This document shows, piece by piece, positions 1 to 6,930 of a stretch of DNA of 61,289 nt. Below the pieces are notes generated by a model. That model was given only the letters and a program-made list of their open reading frames with translations. It had not been told where the DNA came from and searched no databases. Numbering within the stretch: position 1 is the stretch's first letter; each line of letters opens with the position of its first letter. The translations under genes were made by a program, and so were the position numbers. Origin of the DNA: Limisphaerales bacterium (lineage in GTDB: Bacteria; Verrucomicrobiota; Verrucomicrobiia; Limisphaerales; CAIMTB01); the NCBI GenBank assembly GCA_046155815.1, contig JBJXFY010000148.1:1-61289 (forward strand), read 5' to 3'.

Positions 1-141
1 GCCAGCGTGAAGGCCGCCGTGGACGCCGGCTCCAAGGCCGCCGCCAAGGTCGGCGAACTCGTCGCCTCCCACGTGATCGCGCGCCCCCATGACGACCTCC
101 TGAAAGCCTTCCTCGGCGAAGCCCCCAGGCCCGCGAAATAA
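1..141 (+). CDS. BMC-H shell protein (Pfam00936-type), 3' fragment; 5' end lies outside the window
   Basis: Frame 1 is open from the window edge to TAA at 139-141. It translates ASVKAAVDAGSKAAAKVGELVASHVIARPHDDL..., the same C-terminal pattern (VKAA-DAG ... V-I-x-RPH) as the complete BMC-H genes at 175 and 3074. Confidence 0.85.
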   Translation, partial: ASVKAAVDAGSKAAAKVGELVASHVIARPHDDLLKAFLGEAPRPAK

Positions 142-174
142 CTCCCCAGACGCCATTCCCAACCCCCTACTTAA

Positions 175-450
175 ATGTCTCAAGCCATCGGCATGATTGA
201 AACCAAGGGCCTCTGCTCCCTCTTCGAGGCCGCCGACGCCGCCCTCAAGGCCGCCAACGTCACCATGACCGGCTGGGAGAAGGTCGGCAGCGGCTACGTC
301 ACCGCCTTCTTCAAGGGCGACGTCGCCAGCGTGAAGGCCGCGATTGACGCCGGCGCCGCCGCCGCGTCCACCGTCGGCCAGGTCGTCGCCGTCCAGGTCA
401 TTCCCCGCCCGCACGAGGGACTCAGCGGCCTCGGCAGATGGCTGCAGTGA
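175..450 (+). CDS. BMC-H hexameric shell protein (PduA/EutM-like)
   Basis: 91 aa. [12 protein letters not shown]...[11 protein letters not shown]...[13 protein letters not shown]...VIPRPH is the canonical BMC-domain motif string. Confidence 0.95.
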   Translation: MSQAIGMIETKGLCSLFEAADAALKAANVTMTGWEKVGSGYVTAFFKGDVASVKAAIDAGAAAASTVGQVVAVQVIPRPHEGLSGLGRWLQ

Positions 451-542
451 ATGTGGATCACGCATTTTAGAGGGCGGATCGGATCAGTCTCTTTGAAGCC
501 GCCCAAGTTGTTCCGCCATCCACAATCCCCGTTCCGCGTTCC

Positions 543-1727
543 GTGAAGCTTCTCGTCGCCAACCTTGGCTCCACTTCGTTCAAGTGGCGGCTGTTCGCGT
601 TCGCGGACGGCGGCGAGGCGCTGCTGCACAAGGGCGGCTTCGAGCGCGTCACGCACCACGGCCAGGCCATCGAGGACTGCCTGAAGCAGCTTCGCGACGC
701 CGGTACCCTCGAGAACGAGAGTGAGCTGTCCGCCGTGGCCTTCAAGGCCGTCATCGCCAAGGACGTGACCGGCTGCGTGCGCCTGGACGAGCGCGTCCTC
801 GCCGCGATGGAGGCCTACAACGGCCTCGCGCCCGCGCACAACCCGCCCTACGTCGCCGGTGTCCGGCTCTTTGCCCGACGCATGCCGTGCGTGCCTCTCA
901 TCGGGCTGTTCGAGACGGCCTTCTACCAGTTCGCGCCCGAGGCCATGATGCGCTACGCCGTGCCGGAGAGCTGGCACGCGCTGGGCATCCGCCGCTGGGG
1001 CTTCCACGGCGCGAGCCACAAGTTCATCGCCGAGCGCAGCGCCGAACTGCTTGGCCGCCCCGACATCGCCCGCCGGGCCGCCAATCTCTACCTGGATGGC
1101 GGCCGCAGCGAAGTGGCCGGGCCGCCGCTGCGGGTGATTTCGTGTCACCTGGGCGGCAGCTCGAGCATCACCGGCATCCTGAATGGCGTCGCCATTGGCA
1201 ACAGCCTGGGCATGAGTCCGCAGTCGGGCCTGCCGCACAACAACCGGGTGGGCGACCTCGACGCCGAGGCGCTGCCCTATGCCGTGAAGTCGCTCGGCAT
1301 CTCCATTGAAGAGGCCCAGCGGCAGCTCAACAAGGAATCCGGCCTCAAGGGACTCAGCGGCGTCTCCAACGACGTCCGCGACATCACCGAGGCCGCCGGC
1401 CGAGGCGACGCGCGCGCCAGGCTCGCGCTGGACGTGTTCGTCAGCGAGGCGCGGCGTTGGATCGGAGGCTATTTCCTCCAGCTCAACGGCGCCGATGCCA
1501 TCGTCTTCACCGCCGGCATCGGCGAGAACCGGGCCGAACTTCGCGCCGCCATTTGCGCGAACCTCGACCAGCTGGGCATCGTGCTGGACGCGGCGAGGAA
1601 TGCCGCTGCCCGCGCGACCGAAATCGCTGTCAGCGCAGACAGTTCACGGGTGAAAATCCTGGTTATCCCGACGAACGAAGAACTGGTCGTCGCCCGCGAG
1701 GCGAAACGCCTGCTGGAGAGGAACTGA
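543..1727 (+). CDS. ackA: acetate (acyl) kinase
   Basis: 394 aa with a GTG start. N-terminal LVANLGSTSFKW, GFHGASHKF and the C-terminal IPTNEELVVA motifs are typical of AckA. Confidence 0.93.
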   Translation: MKLLVANLGSTSFKWRLFAFADGGEALLHKGGFERVTHHGQAIEDCLKQLRDAGTLENESELSAVAFKAVIAKDVTGCVRLDERVLAAMEAYNGLAPAHNPPYVAGVRLFARRMPCVPLIGLFETAFYQFAPEAMMRYAVPESWHALGIRRWGFHGASHKFIAERSAELLGRPDIARRAANLYLDGGRSEVAGPPLRVISCHLGGSSSITGILNGVAIGNSLGMSPQSGLPHNNRVGDLDAEALPYAVKSLGISIEEAQRQLNKESGLKGLSGVSNDVRDITEAAGRGDARARLALDVFVSEARRWIGGYFLQLNGADAIVFTAGIGENRAELRAAICANLDQLGIVLDAARNAAARATEIAVSADSSRVKILVIPTNEELVVAREAKRLLERN

Positions 1728-1927
1728 GTTTATCCGCAGATGAACGCAACAGGACCCAGATTTCATGGAGCGAGCCAGGCTTCGGCCGCGCATCTGCACG
1801 GGCATCGGATGATGTCTTCCTTGTCCCCGGCTATGGCAGCCATTTCGGCGGAAGGCGATTCGGCGTACGGCACTCGCAGCTGCGTCCATCTGCGTCCATC
1901 TGCGGTTGCCCTCCGCTGTTTCACGCG

Positions 1928-2650
1928 ATGAAAGCCCTCTCCCAGCTCTTCGCCAAGAACCGAGCGTGGTCCGAAGGGATTCGGCAGCGCGACCCCGAGT
2001 TCTTCGCCAAGCTTTCACGCCAGCAGTCGCCCGATTATCTCTGGATCGGCTGCTCGGACAGCCGCGTGCCGGCCAATCAGATCATCGGACTGCTCCCCGG
2101 CGAAGTTTTCGTCCACCGCAACATCGCCAACGTCGTCGTCCACACGGACCTGAACTGCCTTTCGGTGATCCAGTTTGCCGTGGACGTCCTCAAGGTTCGA
2201 CACATCATCGTATGCGGTCACTATGGCTGTGCCGGCGTGCGCGCCGCCCTCCGCGGAGAGCGCCTGGGCCTCGTGGACAACTGGCTCCGCCACGTGCAGG
2301 ACGTGCGCGAGAGGCACGCCGCCCTCCTCCGCGGGCTCGACAGCGACGTCGAGTGCGCCGACCGCCTTTGCGAGCTGAACGTTCTCGGACAGGTGCTGAA
2401 CATCTGCCAGACCAGCATCATCCGTGATGCCTGGCAGCGCGGGCAGGAACTCACCGTGCATAGCTGGATTTACGGACTGCACGACGGCCTCATCCGCAAC
2501 CTGGGCATGGCCGTGGGTTCGTGGAAGGAAGTCGGGCCTGCGCATCGAAAGGCCGTGGCGTCGCTGGGGAAACCCGCCGCGGCCATGCCCCGGCCGGTGC
2601 TGGGGAAGGCATCGCCCGCCTTCCGGGCTCAACGCTTGACGAACAACTGA
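1928..2650 (+). CDS. beta-class carbonic anhydrase
   Basis: ATG at 1928, in frame inside the longer ORF 1457-2650. Zinc-ligand motifs CSDSR (WIGCSDSRVPAN) and HxxC (VCGHYGCAGV) are present. The upstream part of the long ORF is Arg-rich junk. Confidence 0.9.
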   Translation: MKALSQLFAKNRAWSEGIRQRDPEFFAKLSRQQSPDYLWIGCSDSRVPANQIIGLLPGEVFVHRNIANVVVHTDLNCLSVIQFAVDVLKVRHIIVCGHYGCAGVRAALRGERLGLVDNWLRHVQDVRERHAALLRGLDSDVECADRLCELNVLGQVLNICQTSIIRDAWQRGQELTVHSWIYGLHDGLIRNLGMAVGSWKEVGPAHRKAVASLGKPAAAMPRPVLGKASPAFRAQRLTNN

Positions 2651-2651
2651 A

Positions 2652-3044
2652 ATGGCTTCGAACGCTTCAAAGCTGACCGGAAGCGCGCCCGTACTCCTGG
2701 TGGCGGACGTGGTGAAGTCGGCCAATTATTTTCGCGACCAACTGGGCTTCTCGTACGATCGGTTCTGGGGTGAGCCGCCGAACTTCTGCATGGCCCAGCG
2801 AGACGGGCTGGTCCTGATGCTTGCCCTGGCCCCGGCCGGCGCGCCCTCGGTTCCGCATTGGAAGGTCGTGGACAAGATGTGGAACGCCTATTTCTGGTGC
2901 GACGACGCGGAGGCGCTCTACGCCGAGTTTGTCCGCCGTGGCGCACGCATTGACTACGGTCTGGGTGTCAAACACTACGGCATCAAGGAATTTGGCATCC
3001 AGGATCTCGACGGGCACGACATTGCCTTTGGACAGCGGATTTAA
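2652..3044 (+). CDS. VOC (glyoxalase/bleomycin-resistance/dioxygenase fold) family protein
   Basis: 130 aa, one nucleotide after the CA stop. Size and pattern ([15 protein letters not shown] ... [19 protein letters not shown]) are typical of single-domain VOC proteins. The substrate cannot be inferred. Confidence 0.7.
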   Translation: MASNASKLTGSAPVLLVADVVKSANYFRDQLGFSYDRFWGEPPNFCMAQRDGLVLMLALAPAGAPSVPHWKVVDKMWNAYFWCDDAEALYAEFVRRGARIDYGLGVKHYGIKEFGIQDLDGHDIAFGQRI

Positions 3045-3073
3045 AGCCTTCAACCACCAATTCGAATCTAACC

Positions 3074-3358
3074 ATGACCCAGCAAGCCATCGGACTCATT
3101 GAAACCCGCGGTCTCGTCGCCCTCGTCGAGGCCACCGACGCCATGCTCAAGGCCGCGAACGTCGAGCTCGCCGGCCCCATGACGCAGGTCGGCAACGCCC
3201 TCGTCACCGCCGTCGTCGTGGGTGACGTCGCCGCCGTGAAGGCCGCGACCGACGCCGGCGCCCAGGCCGTGAAGGCCATCAAGGGCGAGCTCGTCAGCGT
3301 CCACGTCATCGCCCGCCCCCACGCGGACGTCGAACAGGTGCTGCCGAAGAAGAAGTAG
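3074..3358 (+). CDS. BMC-H hexameric shell protein
   Basis: 94 aa. [30 protein letters not shown]...[13 protein letters not shown]...VIARPH. Confidence 0.95.
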   Translation: MTQQAIGLIETRGLVALVEATDAMLKAANVELAGPMTQVGNALVTAVVVGDVAAVKAATDAGAQAVKAIKGELVSVHVIARPHADVEQVLPKKK

Positions 3359-3443
3359 CGGGAATCCAGGAGCAAGAAGTCAGAAGCGATCTGGCGAACA
3401 GCGCCGTCTGTCTCCTTGATTCTGGCTTCCAGCTTCCACACCC

Positions 3444-3761
3444 ATGTTTCTCGCCCTCGTCGAAGGTTCCGTGGTCGCCACGAAGAAGGATCCGGCCATG
3501 AGCGGCCGCAAGCTGCTCCTGCTCCGGCCCCAGCTCGTGGACGAGAAGGATCCGGCGAAGTTCCGCCCCGGCGCCAACACCGTCGTGGCCGTGGACTGCC
3601 TGGGCGCGGGCCTGGGCGAGATGGTGCTCTTCTGCCAGGGCAGCAGCGCCCGCCTCGCGCCCGGCATGAAGGAGGCCCCGGTGGACGCCGTGATCATCGG
3701 CATCGTGGACTCCGTGGATGTGCTGGGAAAACAGGTGTTCAACGCCCGTAACCCGAAGTGA
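3444..3761 (+). CDS. BMC-P pentameric vertex protein (EutN/CcmL family), paralog 1
   Basis: 105 aa. MFLALVEGSVVATKKDP...GRKLLLLRP...VAVDCLGAGLGEMVL...DAVIIGIVD matches the EutN/CcmL layout. Confidence 0.9.
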   Translation: MFLALVEGSVVATKKDPAMSGRKLLLLRPQLVDEKDPAKFRPGANTVVAVDCLGAGLGEMVLFCQGSSARLAPGMKEAPVDAVIIGIVDSVDVLGKQVFNARNPK

Positions 3762-3793
3762 GTTGGCCAACCGGCCGCCCAACCTGACCCCTC

Positions 3794-5275
3794 ATGTCTT
3801 CGCCCGTGAATGAAGCGTTGATCCGCGACGTCGTCGCCGAAGTGCTAACGCGGCTCGGCCAAAACCCGAAGCCGACCGCCGCGGCCGCGAAGCCCGACGC
3901 CTGCGGCTGCCATGCCAGGCCCGCCGCGGCCGCGGCCCGCGGTAAGTTCGGCGTTTTCCAGGACGCCGCCGAGGCCTGTGCGGCGGCGCATGAGTCCTTC
4001 CTCCTGCTGCAGAAGAAGGGCGTCGAGGCACGGCGGAAGATCGAGGGAATCGTCAAGACGCTCGCCGAGAAGTACGCCGCCGAGTGGGGCCGCATCGAGC
4101 TCGAGGAGACCAAGATCGGACGGCTCGACCACAAGATCGAGAAGCTTCAGATCATCAAGCTCGTTCCAGGCGTGGACTGGCTGCGGCCGGACGCGCGGAG
4201 CGGTGACCATGGCATCACCCTTGAGGAGTACACTCCCTTCGGCGTCGTGGGCGCGGTCACGCCCAGCACCCACTCGATTCCCACCCTCAGCGGCAACATC
4301 GTGAACATCGTGGCCGCGGGCAACGCGGTGGTGTTCAACGCGCATCCCGCCGCCGCCAAGTGCGCCGCCCTGGCGGTGCGGGCCTACAACGAGGCCATCT
4401 TCCGCGAGACCGGCATCGAGAACATCGCCACCATCGTCGAGCAGCCCACGATGGAATCTTTCGCGGCGATCTGCCGGCACGAAGCCGTGCGCCTGCTGCT
4501 GGTGACCGGCGGCCCCGGCGTGGTGAAGGCGGCCATGCAGACCGGCAAGCGCGCCATCTGCGCCGGGCCGGGCAACCCGCCCGTGCTGGTGGACGACACC
4601 GCTTGCCTGCGCCGCGCCGCCGAGTCCATCATCAAGGGCGGCGCCTACGACAACAACCTCCTCTGCATCGGCGAGAAGGAGGTGTTTGTGCTGGAGCACA
4701 TCGCGGACAAGCTGATGGCCGAACTGGAGAAGGCCGGCGGCAGCCGGCTCAACCCGACCCAGCTCGACGCGCTGACCAAGGCCGCGTTCACCTTCAGGCC
4801 GGGCGAGGGCGGCGGCTGCCCGCACGCCTCGATCAACCGTGACTTCATCGGCAAGGATCCGGCCGTGCTGGCCCGGGCCGCCGGCATGTCCGTTCCCGCC
4901 GGCACGCAGCTTCTCTTCGCGGAGACGGGTGCGGATCACGCCTTCGTGCAGGAGGAGCAGATGATGCCCTTCGTGCCCATCGTGCGCGTGAGGTCGGTCG
5001 AGGAAGGCATCGAGCGCTCAGTGCAGGCCGAGCACGGCTACAAACACACGGCCATCATCCACTCGCACGACGTCGAGGCGATGACGGCGATGGGCCGCGC
5101 GCTGGACACCACGCTGTTCATCAAGAACGGCCCCTGCGCCGCCGGGCTCGGCCTCGGGGGCGAAGGTTACCTGAGTTACTCCATCGCTACTCCGACCGGG
5201 GAAGGAGTCACCAACCCCAGGACCTTCTGCCGCGTGCGCCGGTGTGTGATGGTGGACAACCTGCGCATCTACTAG
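3794..5275 (+). CDS. CoA-acylating aldehyde dehydrogenase (PduP/EutE-like) with N-terminal extension
   Basis: 493 aa. Contains PFGVVGAVTPSTHSIPT, GNAVVFNAHP and the catalytic Cys context NNLLCIGEKE. An N-terminal amphipathic helix plus Ala/Pro linker precedes the ALDH core. Confidence 0.9.
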   Translation: MSSPVNEALIRDVVAEVLTRLGQNPKPTAAAAKPDACGCHARPAAAAARGKFGVFQDAAEACAAAHESFLLLQKKGVEARRKIEGIVKTLAEKYAAEWGRIELEETKIGRLDHKIEKLQIIKLVPGVDWLRPDARSGDHGITLEEYTPFGVVGAVTPSTHSIPTLSGNIVNIVAAGNAVVFNAHPAAAKCAALAVRAYNEAIFRETGIENIATIVEQPTMESFAAICRHEAVRLLLVTGGPGVVKAAMQTGKRAICAGPGNPPVLVDDTACLRRAAESIIKGGAYDNNLLCIGEKEVFVLEHIADKLMAELEKAGGSRLNPTQLDALTKAAFTFRPGEGGGCPHASINRDFIGKDPAVLARAAGMSVPAGTQLLFAETGADHAFVQEEQMMPFVPIVRVRSVEEGIERSVQAEHGYKHTAIIHSHDVEAMTAMGRALDTTLFIKNGPCAAGLGLGGEGYLSYSIATPTGEGVTNPRTFCRVRRCVMVDNLRIY

Positions 5276-5281
5276 GCGCCC

Positions 5282-5578
5282 ATGCTCCTCGCCCGCGTCG
5301 AAGGCAACCTGACCGCCACCCGGAAGCATCCGAGCTTCGACGGCTGGCGGCTGGTAGTGTGCCAGCCAATTTCGCGCGACGGCGCGCCCGAGGGCACGCC
5401 GCAGGTGGCGATTGATGCGCTGGGCGCGGGAATGCACCAGCGCGTCGTCATCTCCAGCGACGGGGCCGCCGCGCGCAAGGCCGTGGATGATGAGCGCAGC
5501 CCCGCCCGTTGGATCATCATCGGCCTCGTGGACGAAGTCGCGCCTGGCACCACGGCCCTGGAGGATTCCGCGGCATGA
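5282..5578 (+). CDS. BMC-P vertex protein (EutN/CcmL family), paralog 2
   Basis: 98 aa. MLLARVEGNLTATRKHPSFDGWRLVVCQP...AIDALGAGMHQRVVISSDG...WIIIGLVDEV. Confidence 0.85.
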   Translation: MLLARVEGNLTATRKHPSFDGWRLVVCQPISRDGAPEGTPQVAIDALGAGMHQRVVISSDGAAARKAVDDERSPARWIIIGLVDEVAPGTTALEDSAA

Positions 5579-5877
5579 GGCTCGGCAAGGTCATCGGCCG
5601 GGTGACGCTGGGCGCTGTGATTCCCGGCCTGCAGGGCGCCCGCTGGCTCGTGGTGAATCCCTGCAACCGGGAGCATTTCCCGCAGGGCGCCGCAGTTCCG
5701 GATGGACTGAGCCGCGAACCCAGCCTGGTCGTGTACGACAACCTCGGCGGCGGCACGGGCGACATCATCGGCTTCGTGGAAGGCCGCGAGGCCGCGCAGC
5801 CGCTGGAGCCGGTGGCCGCCATTGACGCGATCAACGCCGCCCTGGTGGACCACGTCTTTCACAGCCCACGCCGGTAA
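5575..5877 (+). CDS. BMC-P vertex protein (EutN/CcmL family), divergent paralog 3
   Basis: ATG at 5575 overlaps the preceding TGA (ATGA). MRLGKVIGRVTLGAVIPGLQGARWLVVNP...VVYDNLGGGTGDIIGFVEG... The start was chosen inside ORF 5509-5877. Confidence 0.8.
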   Translation: MRLGKVIGRVTLGAVIPGLQGARWLVVNPCNREHFPQGAAVPDGLSREPSLVVYDNLGGGTGDIIGFVEGREAAQPLEPVAAIDAINAALVDHVFHSPRR

Positions 5878-5889
5878 CCCTTTTCATCC

Positions 5890-6930
5890 ATGCCCACCGT
5901 CATCACGGCGAAAGACATCGAGCAGCTCGTCAGCGAAGGCGGCGACCCGGCCGCCCTGCCCGCCGACGCCCTCCTCACGCCCTCGGCCAAGGACGCCCTG
6001 CGCGACCTCACGACACGCCGCGGCACGGCGCCAGGTTCATCGGTGAGTCAGTCCGCCAACGCCTTTGCCAGGCCGGTCATGGCGAACAGTTCGCCGGCCG
6101 AGCTCGAAGCCTTCTTCAACTCAGCCCAGATGGAGGAATTGAAGGAGCAGCTTTGTGACATCGGGCGGAGGCTATGGGGCCGCGAGTATGTGGACGGCAA
6201 CGGCGGCAACATCGCGATCCGCGTGGCCGACGACCTGGCGCTCTGCACGCCGACGCTGGTGAGCAAGGGCTTCATGAAGCCGGCCGACATGTGCCTCGTG
6301 GACCTCGACGGCAACCAGAAGGCCGGCCGCAAGAAGCGCACGAGCGAGATCCTGATGCACCTGCAGATCATGAAGCGCCAGCCGCGCGCCAAGGCCACGG
6401 TGCACTGCCATCCGCCCTACGCCACGGGCTTCGCCGTGGCCGGCGTGCTGCCGCCGACCTGCATGATCCCCGAGTTCGAGGTGTTCGCGTCCGTGGCCAT
6501 CGCGCCGTACCGCACGCCCGGCACGCCGGAGATGGGGCAGCTGGTCGCCGACCTGGTGGACAAGCACAACACGATCCTCATGGCCAACCACGGCGTGGTC
6601 TCGTGGAGCCACCTGAACGTCGAGGATGCCTACTTCAAGATGGAGATCATCGAGGCCTACTGCCGCACGATCCTCGTGACCGCGCAGGTGGGGAAGCCGG
6701 CGAAGACGATGACGCCCGCGCAGCTCCAGGACCTGCTCAAGATCAAGCAGAGCCTCGGCATTCCCGACCCGCGCCACGGCTTGAAGGAATGCGAACTGTG
6801 TGACAATGAGGAGTGGCGCCCCGGCGTCTCCTGCGCTTTGCCGACAAAGGATTCGGCCGTGGGCTACGATGCCGAGGCGGAGGCGCTCGTGAAGGCGGTC
6901 ACGGACCAGATTCTGGCGCCGGCGAAATGA
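5890..6930 (+). CDS. class II aldolase/adducin-domain protein (fuculose/rhamnulose-1-phosphate aldolase-like) with N- and C-terminal extensions
   Basis: 346 aa. The core GNGGNIAIRV...TSEILMHLQI...VHCHPPYATGFA...LMANHGVVSWS is the FucA-type metal aldolase pattern. About 75 extra N-terminal residues and a helical C-terminal tail flank it. Confidence 0.9.
   Translation: MPTVITAKDIEQLVSEGGDPAALPADALLTPSAKDALRDLTTRRGTAPGSSVSQSANAFARPVMANSSPAELEAFFNSAQMEELKEQLCDIGRRLWGREYVDGNGGNIAIRVADDLALCTPTLVSKGFMKPADMCLVDLDGNQKAGRKKRTSEILMHLQIMKRQPRAKATVHCHPPYATGFAVAGVLPPTCMIPEFEVFASVAIAPYRTPGTPEMGQLVADLVDKHNTILMANHGVVSWSHLNVEDAYFKMEIIEAYCRTILVTAQVGKPAKTMTPAQLQDLLKIKQSLGIPDPRHGLKECELCDNEEWRPGVSCALPTKDSAVGYDAEAEALVKAVTDQILAPAK

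Noticed and set aside
294-1238. 314-aa minus-strand ORF and several other antisense or alternative-frame ORFs across the BMC locus (for example 3845-4939 on the minus strand, and 6172-6777 minus strand with 6174-6803 plus strand)
   Set aside because: They are antisense to, or out of frame with, ackA, the AldDH and the aldolase, all of which have canonical motifs. They show no protein-like features.
1881-1905. CRISPR array or other long tandem array (checked at 1881-1905, 8067-8087, 15422-15442 and 49248-49302)
   Set aside because: The repeats are 6-10 nt units with 2-8 copies and no spacers of unique sequence. Nothing resembles the 25-40 nt repeat and spacer architecture of CRISPR.
1457-1927. 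Upstream 157 codons of ORF 1457-2650, which would extend the carbonic anhydrase to 397 aa
   Set aside because: The extension overlaps the 3' end of ackA in another frame and crosses the repeat-containing spacer. It is Arg-rich. The beta-CA homology begins right after the ATG at 1928.
1928-2650. Possibility that the locus is a carboxysome because it contains a carbonic anhydrase and shell proteins
   Set aside because: No RuBisCO, CcmM/CcmN or CsoS2-like genes are present. The enzyme set (acylating AldDH, class II aldolase, acetate kinase) is that of a catabolic metabolosome.
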